A stretch of DNA of 64,000 nucleotides from Fibrobacterales bacterium (GTDB taxonomy: Bacteria > Fibrobacterota > Fibrobacteria > Fibrobacterales > JAOPTW01), in assembly GCA_051532035.1 (NCBI GenBank), contig JAOPTW010000037.1, positions 1 through 64,000 on the forward strand, in the 5' to 3' direction. Below the pieces are notes generated by a model. That model searched no databases and was not told the DNA's origin. It saw nothing but the letters and a program-made list of their open reading frames with translations. Positions within the stretch are counted from its first letter, which is position 1. Each line of letters begins with the position of its first letter. A program made the translations under genes and the position numbers. Positions 9,808-22,300 of this stretch are shown in pieces.

Positions 9808-10029
9808 ATTGCCGCTATTCGCGACACTCGCTTCTATTATGATATCTGGCAAAAGAAGTTGAGTGAAGTTGAGTTTACCAGTATGAGAGAAGCAATTAAG
9901 AACAGGGCCGCCCTGAATACCTATCCGAGGTTTATACAGGAACTCCAAGAGCTCCTCTATGCCCTTAAAGAACGGGTTGATCATATCGTGCATCCCTTAG
10001 AGGATTCGAGGATTCCGGGGCTGTTTTAG
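9808..10029 (+). pseudogene. Internally deleted fragment of the helicase-DUF3427 gene (linker before DUF3427)
   Basis: IAAIRDTR-FYYDIWQKKLSEVEFTSMREAI...YPRFIQELQELLYALKERVDHI resembles family M.(H/Y)YD.WQ.....F.S..E.I.......E..E.L..L...ID. Shares 9810-9830 with 436-456 and 9873-9896 with 15861-15884. Confidence 0.7.
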
Positions 10030-10056
10030 CCTGTGAATCATCGATTATGAATAAAA

Positions 10057-10296
10057 ATGATCAAATTAGCTAAAAACGCAACAAGAGAGGTTTTAGAGTA
10101 TGCGCTATCCTGCTATGCCTGCTATCTCATTGTTCAAAATGGTGAATCCACTAAGCCAGTAATTGCACATGGGCAAACTTATTTGGCAATTAAAACAAGG
10201 CGACAGGAGCTGAAAGAGCATAATAAAATGTTAGTTGAGACTGCGCAGAAAGCCGGAGTGGAGACTACTGTTCACTCTATAACTATATCCACCTAG
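10057..10296 (+). pseudogene. dinD: Fragment of DNA damage-inducible protein D
   Basis: A.REV..YALS.YACYLIVQNG...KPVIA.GQTY.AI.TRRQEL joined directly to LKEHNK.L.E.AQ.AGV, which implies an internal deletion. Both termini are missing. Confidence 0.75.
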
Positions 10297-10417
10297 GATG
10301 GTATCCCTTATTGCTTATTACAGATTAACATTGATTTTCAGGCTAAATATTAAGTATAATCTGTTATAGTGAAATCGTTAATGTCCTAATGGGTGCAGGT
10401 GAGTCTGTAGGTATTGT

Positions 10418-12034
10418 ATGAAAAAAGTAGCGTTACATGCTTTAGAGGTTGATGCTCCATTGGATGGGTATTTATGTCATGTGGAGTCTGGTGAAGTTAT
10501 GCACAAGCCAGGTGATACGTTATCGCTCACAAACCTTTTATTTATGGAAGATTGTGACGTAAGTGAATTAATGGTATGTGGAAATGCCGCTGAACTCAAA
10601 AAATTTCAACTTGCCTCTTCATTTAAAAAAATATCAATACAGGATTTACCCGTTAATGAAATTTCTCCAGTTGATGTTATCAGTTCTGCAAATGAGGTAG
10701 TCGCACAGGCAGGGCATGTATTTACCGTTGATCTAATTGAATCATTAAAAAAGCTTGAGAATAACGATCTCTTTTATAAAAAAGACGATATGGAACGAAA
10801 TATATTTCAGGCCCATAAATATTCATCCTTACTTGAAAGTGACAAAGCGGAAAGTGTCAGTAAACTCAAAGAAGTAATACACCCCAAAGAAAAGCTTCGC
10901 AGAGCATTAGAAGTGGAAAAAGAGAAGGAGCGCCAAGAGAGGTTGACTTTTGATGAGACCGAAATACCTAGAGAGAGGTTTATTAACGAACGTTCTAAAG
11001 AGATGGCGGTTAATTATTTAAGAAAGAAAATTAATAAAGGCGAGATTCAGGGGATTCCAACAGATGAAAAAGAACTTTTTAAATCGTTGCAATTAATTGT
11101 TGAAAATAGATCAGAAGGTGTGCTGAACGAGTATATAAAAAGGTACAAAAGTTGGATTGAAAAGCTTGATGTTATATTTTATGATCTTCGTATTAATACA
11201 CTAGTAGAATATGATGCTATAGAAGAAGTTGCAAGAGATATGTTGACTCTATTTTTGCATGATACCTACTTTTTTATCAACCTTACCAATAGAAGAGAAC
11301 CTCCAGATTCAAAAAATTATCTTGTCGTTCATTCGGTAAATGTCGCTATACATAGCATTAATATTGCTACTGCTTCGGGGTATTCTCGGGAGTATATACT
11401 AGAGTTGGCGGTCGGTGCCTTATTACATGATGTTGGGCATTTGTTTACCTATAAGCCAATGTTTACTATAAAAGTATTGGATGATACAGAACAACATAAA
11501 TTTGATCAGCACTCCTTAGTCGGTGTTGCTATGCAAAAAAATATTACCAAGGTACCTGTTTCAACAGGGTATATAATTTTACAACATCATGAACGACTCG
11601 ATGAAAGTGGCCCAGTAAGTTTCGTCGATGCTGATAAGGTGCATGATTTTGCACGGTTAGTTGCTGTTGCTGTATACTATGAAACGGAATGCAGATTCTG
11701 CTCTCCGCACGATGCTATGATGCATGCGATTCACCAGATGAAATTAAATATTTTGGAGTCACATTTTTTGAGATTGCTTCTTATGACGATGTCGATTTTT
11801 CCGATTGGGACTTATGTCCTATTAGATAACGGCGTAGTAGCTAAAGTAATAGGGTGTAATAAAAATGAAATAAAAAAACCTTTTGTTTCGACAATTGCAA
11901 CAGTTGATGGGGTGCATTTATTTCCTTTAGAAAAAACTGAAATTTTAAACTTGGCTGATGAGAATGTTACTGTGAAAATTTTGAAAAGTACAGAACACCC
12001 TTCGCTTGAGTCAAAATATAATTTGGGGTTTTAA
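10418..12034 (+). CDS. HD-GYP-like domain protein with degenerate motifs
   Basis: HSVNVA, ALLHDVG, QHHERLDESGP, and C-terminal FPIGTYVLLDNG.VAKV. Confidence 0.8.
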   Translation: MKKVALHALEVDAPLDGYLCHVESGEVMHKPGDTLSLTNLLFMEDCDVSELMVCGNAAELKKFQLASSFKKISIQDLPVNEISPVDVISSANEVVAQAGHVFTVDLIESLKKLENNDLFYKKDDMERNIFQAHKYSSLLESDKAESVSKLKEVIHPKEKLRRALEVEKEKERQERLTFDETEIPRERFINERSKEMAVNYLRKKINKGEIQGIPTDEKELFKSLQLIVENRSEGVLNEYIKRYKSWIEKLDVIFYDLRINTLVEYDAIEEVARDMLTLFLHDTYFFINLTNRREPPDSKNYLVVHSVNVAIHSINIATASGYSREYILELAVGALLHDVGHLFTYKPMFTIKVLDDTEQHKFDQHSLVGVAMQKNITKVPVSTGYIILQHHERLDESGPVSFVDADKVHDFARLVAVAVYYETECRFCSPHDAMMHAIHQMKLNILESHFLRLLLMTMSIFPIGTYVLLDNGVVAKVIGCNKNEIKKPFVSTIATVDGVHLFPLEKTEILNLADENVTVKILKSTEHPSLESKYNLGF

Positions 12035-12037
12035 CGG

Positions 12038-13468
12038 ATGGGAACGCCTATATACGAAGCATTAAATGAATTAATTTCAGTCTCTATTGAAGACAATGGG
12101 TACAAAGCATTTGTTTCGGTTAAAAAAAACAGGGAAGACTTTGAATGTTCTAACACCCAGGTTATAGAATTTCTTAAAGATAAAAAGGTTACATATGGGT
12201 ATTCTCTTGATGCTATTAAAACCATTATTCAGCGTATAAAGGAGAGAGAGCCTGGTGAGGCAATTCTCGTTGCGTCGGGAAAAGTAAAAGAAGAGGGCAA
12301 AGATGGGAGTGAGAAATATAAATTCAGAACTAAAATGATAATTGGCGCGGAAGTAGATGATAAAGTTGATTATAAGGAACGTAAATTAGTTAACAATATG
12401 AGGCCTGGTCAGATTTTGGCTGTTATCAAAAAACATATTTATGGAAAGCCAGGGTTAAAAGTTACAGGTGAAAAAGAAGAAGCGGTGCCTGTTAGAAAAA
12501 TTGCGATACCGAATGCAGGGTTAAACGTTCAAGTCTTTGAAAAGGAAGGAGTCTTAACCTATGTTGCTATGTCGGCTGGGCATGCTCGACTTATTTTTAA
12601 TGAAATGCAGGTAACATCAGCTTTTGCAATAGTAGGGGACTTGGATCTCACAAAAGGCAATATCGACTTTGTTGGTGATGTAGAAGTTACAGGTGATGTT
12701 GCAAGTGGATTTAAAATCACCGCCGGAGGAAATATTATTATTGGAGGTAACGTTGAGCCCAATGCGGTTATTATCGCTAAAAAAGATATTATTGTTAAAA
12801 AAACAATCCGCTGTGGAAAGAACCTTGGAGGCTTTGTTGCAGGTGGAGATATCACTGCTGGCACAATACTTAATAGTCGAATTGAGAACAAAGGTGATGT
12901 GTATGTTAAAGATATGATTGCTGATAGTGAAATATTCAGTATGGGACATTTTAGCTGTTCGTGGGGCACAATTCTTGGGAGTACCATTGAGGCGGTCAGC
13001 GGTATATCGGTAAACAGTATTGGAAAAGAGTCGGGTGTTGGACAGAATATTATTATTGCCGGCAATACTGATATTAATGAAGAAGCTCTTGAAAAAGCGG
13101 ATCAAGGTCTTCTCAATTTAAATAATGAACTTAATCTTATCGTTAAAAATATTCCAACAAAAACTGAAGAGTCAACTGATGAAAATAAAGAAAGTAACGC
13201 AGAGAGATTAAAGAACCTTAATAAAGCACGTGCAGTCCATGTTGAAGAATTGAATGAAAAGATTGAGGCACTGCAAGAAGAAAAAGAGTATTTGGAATCC
13301 CATTTACATACGAACCCCGATGCTGTTATCGAAATTCGTGGTAAAGTGTATCCTACTGCTACGATTATAAATGGTTTAAATCGAATGTTAATATTTGACG
13401 ATATTGAATCTGCATGTACTCTTGAATATCAGGCTCCCGAAATGCCCGAAATGCCCGAAAATATCTAA
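12038..13468 (+). CDS. FapA/DUF342 family protein
   Basis: VASG....GKDG, VDYKE, G.KVTG, GDLDLTKGNIDFVGDVEVTGDV, beta-helix repeats, coiled coil, I.G.VYP. Confidence 0.88.
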   Translation: MGTPIYEALNELISVSIEDNGYKAFVSVKKNREDFECSNTQVIEFLKDKKVTYGYSLDAIKTIIQRIKEREPGEAILVASGKVKEEGKDGSEKYKFRTKMIIGAEVDDKVDYKERKLVNNMRPGQILAVIKKHIYGKPGLKVTGEKEEAVPVRKIAIPNAGLNVQVFEKEGVLTYVAMSAGHARLIFNEMQVTSAFAIVGDLDLTKGNIDFVGDVEVTGDVASGFKITAGGNIIIGGNVEPNAVIIAKKDIIVKKTIRCGKNLGGFVAGGDITAGTILNSRIENKGDVYVKDMIADSEIFSMGHFSCSWGTILGSTIEAVSGISVNSIGKESGVGQNIIIAGNTDINEEALEKADQGLLNLNNELNLIVKNIPTKTEESTDENKESNAERLKNLNKARAVHVEELNEKIEALQEEKEYLESHLHTNPDAVIEIRGKVYPTATIINGLNRMLIFDDIESACTLEYQAPEMPEMPENI

Positions 13469-13578
13469 ACTAAAATTTTATTGCAAGCATTCTTTTAGCA
13501 ATATCCCGGATTCACTAAGGACTGAGTCTGACTGTAATCCCCCCGAAAAACTGGGGATGGTAAAATAGAGACCTCTGA

Positions 13579-14784
13579 CTACTCCAACAGTTTTTGACCA
13601 GTGCACAATGAATCAAACACAGCAGTTTTGAAACGTTCTACCTCTTTTCTCTCTGCGGTATAATCAGGATAGTAAAGTGTTCTCTCATGAGAGCCTTCCT
13701 GTATGCTACACGATTTACCTTTTGAGGAGCACGTTTCTACAATAGATCCGATATTCAGGCAATCGAAGAAGGAATAGTCTTCTGATCTCACTTCAGAACA
13801 AAAACTAAGCCCAGTACTACTCCTTGATTCTTCGAAACTAAATCCATGCCTGCAACCTCTAAATGTATTAAATTTCATAGGTATTTTCTCATATCCAGAA
13901 GATCCACTTTGCACTATCTGCGGTATAGATTTTGATACACGGTACCCTTGAGTAATATCTTGTATATCGTCCGTGGCAAGGTCTGGAATAGTCACTGTTA
14001 ATTCAATTGCAGGTGCATCTCCTATCCAGTAGGGCTGTGTAAAGGTATATTGTGCCATGCCAGAGGATAGACTATAAAATAAGAGCACTATTGAATGAGT
14101 TTCAAAATCTATTTGTATGGTGTCAAGTTCTGTGAATATTTTGTCTCGATCTCTTTTTTCATCAAAACGGGCGATATCATCTTTAAAGGCTTTAAATTCA
14201 TTGGCCGTTTCAAATACAAGGTAGTCCACACCACCATTAAGATTTGATAGAACACTGAGGTCTCTATAAATAGTAAAGGGGCTTACAAGGTCCGTGCTTA
14301 TAACATTTTTTTCTTTTATAACTTCGAGTTCCATAGTGAAAGACACCGTAACTGGCTTTTCGCCATCCAAAAGGTCAGAGGTAATGGTGTATTTATATGT
14401 TCGTGGTTTTATATCGAAGATGATTTCGTCATTATTTTCTGTGAGAGCTTTATAAAAGAGATACTGTCCTTCGTCATTATAAAAACGTATAACGAGTTTT
14501 GCTGGTTCACCGGCCCAGTTTGCAGATATCCGGGCTATTGATTTTTCAGGTACGACTAAATTATAGGTATAGACATCTGAGGTGTCGGTAAAGGTGTAGT
14601 TCTCCACAGTTTTTTCATATACATCCATTAGTGTAATGGGAACAGCTTCATTAACTTCAGGTTCTTTATTATCAGGTAGTGTATCTTCAGTTTTGGTCGT
14701 ATTGCAGGCGCCCATAAAAAGTAAGGTGCTGTATATTACTATTTTGAAACCAAAGAGTAGTGTTCTTTTTAAATCTATAGTCAT
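13579..14784 (-). CDS. Hypothetical lipoprotein
   Basis: 401 aa ORF, signal ending MGAC, Cys-rich C-terminus. Confidence 0.7.
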   Translation of the reverse strand: MTIDLKRTLLFGFKIVIYSTLLFMGACNTTKTEDTLPDNKEPEVNEAVPITLMDVYEKTVENYTFTDTSDVYTYNLVVPEKSIARISANWAGEPAKLVIRFYNDEGQYLFYKALTENNDEIIFDIKPRTYKYTITSDLLDGEKPVTVSFTMELEVIKEKNVISTDLVSPFTIYRDLSVLSNLNGGVDYLVFETANEFKAFKDDIARFDEKRDRDKIFTELDTIQIDFETHSIVLLFYSLSSGMAQYTFTQPYWIGDAPAIELTVTIPDLATDDIQDITQGYRVSKSIPQIVQSGSSGYEKIPMKFNTFRGCRHGFSFEESRSSTGLSFCSEVRSEDYSFFDCLNIGSIVETCSSKGKSCSIQEGSHERTLYYPDYTAERKEVERFKTAVFDSLCTGQKLLE

Positions 14785-15160
14785 AATTAAAATCCTGAAG
14801 CTCCTACTGTCCTCTCAAATGAGCGTGGGTAGGATAGGTAGAGGTATAAAGTATTGTTGTTTATAATTATAATCTGTTTTAGATAGCTTAACTACTTTAT
14901 ATGAGGAATGGAGGTGACTATTTACTTACCTAGAGTAACATAGGCTTCATATACACGCCCACCAATACAGGGTCGTTATGGAGTATTGTATATTTTTGTC
15001 GGCAATGAGCAGAGTGTATGAATATTCAGGTTTTTTTTGGTAATGACCACTATGAGTTCGTTTTCAGAATACCTTGGGAGCTTGCATTATGTTGTGCGTT
15101 GCATTTTAAGTTTCAATAAAAACTTATCGTATTAGGTTGGCATTACAGCGGAAATAACCT

Positions 15161-15583
15161 ATGCATATTAAAATAATTACTTCTTTTTTATTGCTTATAT
15201 CACTGTTTGCCACTTCGCCTCAGGCTGAATGTGTGGGCTGTGGTGTAGAATTACTCTATCTGCCCATTGCTTTTTCAGTGGTTAGTGGAGTGACATCTGC
15301 GGTGCCTATGGTTTTTCAAGAGGACAATGAAGACTATAGTTATTTGAGAACATATGCATTGGGTTTTTCAGGAAGTATTGCAGGAGTTTTTATCGGTTTT
15401 TCCACAACCGATTACTACCCAAAAACAGCGGTATTTGATGAATTATTAGGAGGCTTTTCTGGGTTACTCCTTGGTAATGCCTTAGGGTATTATACTTCTA
15501 AATCAACTAAGGTTCCTTCGATTAGTTTAAGAATGAATCCCAGTGGGAGTAAAGGATCCATTACAGTGATCTTGAGTATGTAA
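15161..15583 (+). CDS. Hypothetical exported or membrane protein
   Basis: Signal peptide plus Gly-rich hydrophobic segments. Confidence 0.6.
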   Translation: MHIKIITSFLLLISLFATSPQAECVGCGVELLYLPIAFSVVSGVTSAVPMVFQEDNEDYSYLRTYALGFSGSIAGVFIGFSTTDYYPKTAVFDELLGGFSGLLLGNALGYYTSKSTKVPSISLRMNPSGSKGSITVILSM

Positions 15584-15712
15584 CACCTTATCTAATACGG
15601 TGAAGTCGGCACTGACCAAAGAGCTGGGTGGTCCGACACTCAAAGCCATTCAAAATTACTTGACGCATTCTGTGAATAACTCTTCGGGTTGAGTACCGCT
15701 ACTCTAATGGAT

Positions 15713-15821
15713 GAACAGTCTCAGGAGTATATCCTCAATAACATTAAGAAACAGGTGTTTAATACATGAATTCTCCGTAAAGAACTCATTGTCACTGATA
15801 GAGCCTCTTTACCACCCATGT
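15713..15821 (+). repeat. 109 bp direct repeat, copy 1 (helicase-DUF3427 gene fragment)
   Basis: Matches 23995-24103 with 4 mismatches and reads EQSQEYILNNIKKQVFNT*ILRKELIV. Confidence 0.92.
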
Positions 15822-15892
15822 GGATGTCATGGAGTATCTGGGCTTTAGGAGTGATTTTGGGTTTACCAGTATGAGAGAAGCAATAGTCTCAA

Positions 15893-15939
15893 CATTTCCG
15901 TAATAACGTTCACAATGAGTGAACGTTATTACGGAAATG
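15893..15939. repeat. Perfect 21 bp inverted repeat with 5 nt loop
   Basis: CATTTCCGTAATAACGTTCAC-AATGA-GTGAACGTTATTACGGAAATG. Confidence 0.9.
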
Positions 15940-16300
15940 ATTAGCGGAAGTAGTTTGGGAAATGAGAATGAGCATTTAACTTTGCGGAACTTCTTGCAAA
16001 TATTTGCCTTTTTAGTAAAAAATCAAGATGAGGAAATTAATAAACATAAGGAAAAATATGATAAATATACTTCGAACAAGGTGGGGGTCTATCTAGGGCT
16101 AGGATACTGTGGTGTCATTTGCGGCCCCATGCTTACGTTGAGGAAGCACGCAGGGGTGTGTTATGATTATCATTTACAGCTTGTTTACAGTAATAAAAGC
16201 CTAATTATCTATTATAGCATCGTTTCGCACCAGTGTGGTGAGATTATTAGCCCCTTATAATCAAGGATTCAACAACACTAAAAGTAATTTGGAATTTTTT

Positions 16301-19300
16301 ATGAAATACACCTACATAGTATTAACAGTAATTTTTTTTGTATTTAATGGCTGTGAAATTTTTAATAGTGATTCAAGTACAAGAGACTATATAATAACTG
16401 TAAATTCAAAGAAAGACTTACCGATTGATAGTATAAAAGCACTTACTATCAAAGGAGCTGATTCTACACATTGGTTTTTTACAGACGCTAACTTTGAAAA
16501 GACAACTATTGATTCTATAACTGAAAGAATCACCGTTACACTAGATTTAAAGGCTCATAAAAATGAAACGATTGTCGTTGAATATTCCTGCTATAGTAGT
16601 GGATTATCTATAGTCCAAAGAAACTCTAGGTTTAAGATGAATGCCCCTATAATACAGATTTCAGGGGGAGTTGATACTGTACTCGTTTCTTTTTTACAGG
16701 AGTATAATAAGAAACACACTTCCTTGGACTCTACAACGATGAATCCCCTCCAGCGCGAAGCTCAATGGGATCAGAATAAAACAATACTTAGAGAGCTTAC
16801 CACTGTGTATATGCTTGAGCATGATAGTAGTTCTCTCACACTGTATGATGCATACAAAAAGCATACCGTACATAAAAATAGCTCAGTACTCGCAACAGCA
16901 GATACTATAGCTCTTTTTAGCACAATACGGGATACTCTAATAATTCGAGGTCTTAATGTCGATTCTGTATTTGCCACTATCCTACCCGATAATCTCAATG
17001 CCGACTCACTTCTTGCGTCATTGCCTGAACCATCAGATATTATAAAACGAGGTGAACCTGAAGCAACATTCACCTTTTCCGGAACAATTGGTAAACATAA
17101 TCAAGATGTGTCGAAAGTCGTTTTACACATATGGGGCACCACTATTGCTGACACAATAATCACCCCCGCTTCTTATGATCCGTCATTAGGTACCTATTTA
17201 GGGTTGTTAGATGTGTATGAAATTGGAGATAATTATACAGTTGCTGTGCATGTATATGATTACAGTTCTAGAATGACTGGATATATTAGGAAAGATTTTA
17301 ATCGGTTACAGTTTGCTATAAGTTTTATTGATATTGATGCATGGAATGCAAAACCATGGGCCTCAATTGATCCACTTATTGATGTTTCCATTAATGATAC
17401 GATAGCTGTATCTTGGAACGGTGGAGACTCGCTCAACAGGGGCACAATAGCAGAAGCTTGGTGGAAATCAGGCGATAGTGACTATATACAACAAATTGAC
17501 TCGGTACACTCAATAGTTGCCCCTCCAATTATGTCGCTCGACTATGCTATTCTACTAAAGGTCATGGACAATGACAGCAATGTAACATACGATACTATTT
17601 CACTAAATGTACTTCAGGATGCACCAATTATCGATGCAGGTGAAGCGATTGAGGTACCGGTAAATTTACCTATCAAATTTAAAGGAAGCGCCTCACAGGA
17701 ATTTGGCTTTTTCACATTGTTTAAATGGGATTTTGTTGGCGATGGATTATATAATGATTCAGCGAGTATTGACACAATACATGAATACACATATCAACAT
17801 GCAGGCGTGTATACTGCGCGATATAGTGTGATTGATGACGACTACAATACTCAGATTGATTCTCTTCAGGTAACCGTTACCAATAGCGCACCAGAAGTAT
17901 ATTCACTCTCAGTTGATACTGTCGTGCTATTGAAAGATACGATAGTGTCTATATATGACACTCTTTTCTTTACTGCACAGGTTAAAGATGCGGAATCGAA
18001 CATATGTAACGTTACCCTTAACGGAAATGGAAACACTAAAATCGATGTAAGTGATACGGTTAACTTCACTGCTGATTCTATCATTCGACTTGCACATGCA
18101 TATAGTGATACAGGGACTTTTACTGCCGAATATACTGTTATAGATTATGATGGACTTTCTCATACTGCACACGTTAAAGTTGGAGTTGTTCAGGATGTGC
18201 CTAAAGTATTAGCCGGCACATCATTTACTCAGGCCATTAACAGTATGTGTACTTTTGATGCTACAGTGACACAAAAATTTGGTTCCTACGAGATGTTTAT
18301 ATGGGATTTTAATGGTGATGGAATTATGGATGATTCTTCAGCTATTACTCCAGATATCGAATATATCTATCGTAAGTCGGGTTCATACACCGCAAAACTC
18401 TTTGTTCGCGATGATGATAAAAACATTGGTATAGACTCTCTCTCTGTCATTATAACAAATACGCCTCCCATCATAGACCAATTTAAAAATGACACTCTTG
18501 TTGCAAAGGGAAGTATCGTCTCTTTTACAGCAGAGACTCATGATATAGATGGAACTATTGACCTATACGAATGGGATATGGATGGAGATGGTGTTTATGA
18601 AGTCTCAGAATCGGTGTATAAAGCTCAATTGAAACAGTTTACGATCCCTGGAACATATATGATACGGTTAAAGGTTAAAGATGATGATGGTAAAATAGCA
18701 CTTGATTCCTGTAAATTTCAAGTCAACCACCCACCCACTATTTTGACAACACAATTGGTTATGAATGAAAATAGCCTAGCCTTAATCGGTCCAATCATCG
18801 CAGAGGATGCCGATGGGGATACATTTGATCTTTCCATAGAAGGCACTACATTTACTTTAGATGAGGGATATGTACTTCACCCTCAAATTTCCCTAGACTA
18901 TGAAAAAGACTCTATCGTTGAACTTGTGGTTGTATTGTCAGATCAGATTGATACCATCAAAGAAACAATTGCCATAAAAATCGTAAACCTCAATGACAAT
19001 ATACCTAATATTATTTTTTCTAAAGAAGTGCTCAATGTTGGTGAAGATACCGAAACCCTTATAAGTATCAAAGCTCAAGATGCAGATAACGATTCGTTAG
19101 TTTGGACACATATAATTCCAAATAATGGTTCAGTCACTATCGTATCTACAGCGAGAAGCAGTATAGATCTGTCTTATACCCCTAATAAAGATTATATCGG
19201 TACTGATTTATTTAAACTAATTACAACAGATGGTGTACATTATGATACTACTACAATTAACATTGATGTTGGGGGTATAGATGATCCGGCCGAATATACT

Positions 19301-22300
19301 GGAACGCCAATACTTTCTGGTGACAATGTAGTTACAGGTATACTTATCGTTACTCCAGGTGAGTGTCATGATATTGACAGTGAGGAAATCTTTACCTATC
19401 AGTGGTACCGTTCGTTAACAGCTCTTGATCCCGGAACAGTAATCCCTGGAGTTGTATCAAATAGCTATCAACTAACTGAAAGTGATGGAGCACGTTTTAT
19501 CAATGTTATAGCAAGTTGTAATGGTATTGAAAAGACAACAGATTTTACCAATGAAATTAATAGTCCTCCAATCATCAGACAAAATGATATCTATAATATA
19601 TTCTTAACCGAGGATAGCGATCGAGTATTTGGAATTTCTGCAACTGATGTAAATGGAACACCACTTACATGGTCGATAATCGATCCAGTGAGTAATGCCA
19701 CTGTCACTTTTTCAAAAATAAATAATGATACTATTGATATTCGCTATACCAACAAAAATAATTTTACAGGTACCGATGAGTTTAAAGTGAAAGTAACCGA
19801 TGGAACATTGTTTGATGAAATTACTATTATAGCAACGATTTCTGAAGTGAATGATTCACCAGTGATTGCCCCCCCTGGTCAAACATCATTTACACTCATC
19901 GAAGATATGAATACAACTCAGCTTTCTACACTTTCTGCTTCGGATGAAGAGGGGGACCCATTAATATGGGCTATTCAGAAACAGGGTGTTTTAGGCGAGA
20001 TGGTAGTAACCCAGTCCGGGGTGGTGTCTTACACACCTATAGGTGATGCATTTGGTGAGGATTCTATAATAATACAAGTAAGTGATTCTCATTCTACAGA
20101 TGTTGTTGTGCTCTCTATTACTATTCAAGGGGTAAATGACGTGCCCGTTATTACTCCTATTGCTTCTACAGACTTTGAAATTAACGAAGATAGTAGGGAG
20201 TCCAAACTTATAACCTTAGAATCACATGACCCAGATAAAGAATTACTCATCTGGTCAATTACTCGCTCCCCACAATATGGAACGGGTTCAGTTTCATCAA
20301 CTGGTGACGTCTTCTACACTCCTAATCCTGATGCAGCAGGGGCGGACACCATGCGAATAGAAGTAAGGGATACCCATGGTGCACAGGATAATATCGTTTT
20401 AGCAATTGAGGTGCTTCCGCTTAATGATTCACCCATTATCACTCCTCCTGATCAGACTGAGTATACTCTTACCGAAGACGATACTGCGGTACGATTAGTT
20501 ACTATAATTGCCACTGATAAAGATTCAGAAGGCCTTGTATGGAGAGCATCGAACAATACTACTCTTGGTGTGGTTACTGTTGTGTCGGGACAAGTAACAT
20601 ATAGCCCTAAACCAAATAGCCATGGAAGAGACAACGTAAATATAATAGTTGATGATGGAAAGAGTACTGACCAAGTTCCGCTGATTGTTGATATTCTATC
20701 TGTAGATGATGAGCCTATAATTACTTTACCGGCGACAACTAAATTTTCGATCGATGAAGATGCGGCTGTAACTCAACTGGTAACGCTTTCAGCAACAGAT
20801 GGTGATGGTGATGTACTTGAGTGGCGTATCACTACTAACGGTAATAACGGTATTGCCGCTATATCGACTGGAGGAATGGTAAGTTACACTCCAACACCTG
20901 AGGCCTTTGGCACCGATTTGATTATTATTCAGGTAAGTGATGGTCGCTATACAGATGATATTTCACTAAATATTACAATTAATTCTATTAATGATGCTCC
21001 AGTGATAGAGACTCCCACAGAGACTGAATTTACTCTTTTGGAAGACGCTGATCTTGTGCAACTTACTACACTCTTTGCAATTGATAAAGAGCGGGATGAT
21101 CTTAGCTGGAGTATCTCGCAAAATGGAACAACGGGGGTTGCGTCCGTCTCATCTGATGGTATCGTTTCATATAAAGCAAATAACAATATGTATGGTGTTG
21201 ATAATATTCGTGTACGTGTAAGCGATCAAAATGCGAGTGCTGAGATAGGGCTTCGCATAACTGTTCAAGGGGTAAATGATGCACCGGTCATTTCTCCACC
21301 TGCGCAGACCTCATTCCTTGTTGGAGAAAATAGTGAGAGTGCTGACCTTATACTTCTCAATGCGGTAGATTATGATGATGATGCCTTAGTGTGGAGTGTT
21401 ATCCAAAATGGCTCACATGGTACCGCCTCAATTGATACCCTTGGACAAGTTATTTATGCACCGAATACGATGACAAATGGTGTGGATATTCTTCGCATTC
21501 AGGTGAGTGATTCACGTGTTACAGACGAAATATCTCTTACGGTCACAGTCAACTCTGAAAACGATACACCAATTATTGATCATCCAGCACAGGTCATCTT
21601 TACTTTTATAGAAGATGCTGTTGAGGCTGATTTAACTACTCTCAGCGCAACAGATGAGGAAAAAGATAACCTTATATGGTCTGTTTTCAAGCATGGGGGG
21701 AACGGCTCTGCAGCAGTAACTGATGGAGGATTAGTCTCTTATATTCCGAATGAAAACTTTTATGGTAAGGACACATTTAAAATAGCTGTATCAGATAACT
21801 ACACTGAAGATGTGATATCATTATTTATTGTTGTAACACCTACAAATGATGCTCCAACATTTGATGAGAGTAATGAAACCTCATTTTCTCGATCTGAGGA
21901 TGATGGCACAATGCATCTGGTAACATTGTTAGCTACTGATGTGGATGAAGATAATTTAACGTGGAGCATCATTCAGAATGGTATAGAAGGTCATGCAACT
22001 ATTTCTGATGGATCAATTTTCTATACCCCAAAAGACAATATCTTTGGTGATGATGCACTCATTATTCGTGTAAGTGACAATATTGAATATGATGATATCA
22101 CACTCAATATTTCTATCCAATCTGTAAATGATGAGCCGCTCATTTTTGATAGTGCCATTCAGGGGACTGTGCTTAATGGCTCCTTATTAAGTAATCCGGC
22201 GACCTGTACCGATTTAGAGGATGGAACGATTACGCCAACTATCAGTTGGTATAGGAGTGATAATCAACAGCACGTTGACGATGTGTTCATTGTAAATGCT

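Noticed and set aside
960..15000. Further very short helicase-like peptides in spacers (YHFERKF near 968, WFLG near 7509, LHIHAHQY near 14945)
   Set aside because: Too short to separate from chance without an intact reference allele.
15764..15770. Shared in-frame TGA in both 109 bp repeats as a sign of stop-codon recoding
   Set aside because: Intact genes here end at TGA (for example 25250, 41318, 43668) and long ORFs use TGG for Trp.
15919..16260. 113 aa ORF upstream of the adhesin
   Set aside because: Starts inside the perfect hairpin and has no recognisable family. HLTLRNFLQ may be a further helicase scrap but is too short to call.
19560..22140. Cadherin-like repeats as a DGR or shufflon target
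   Set aside because: Repeats are diverged at the DNA level without adenine-specific differences, and no reverse transcriptase or recombinase is present.
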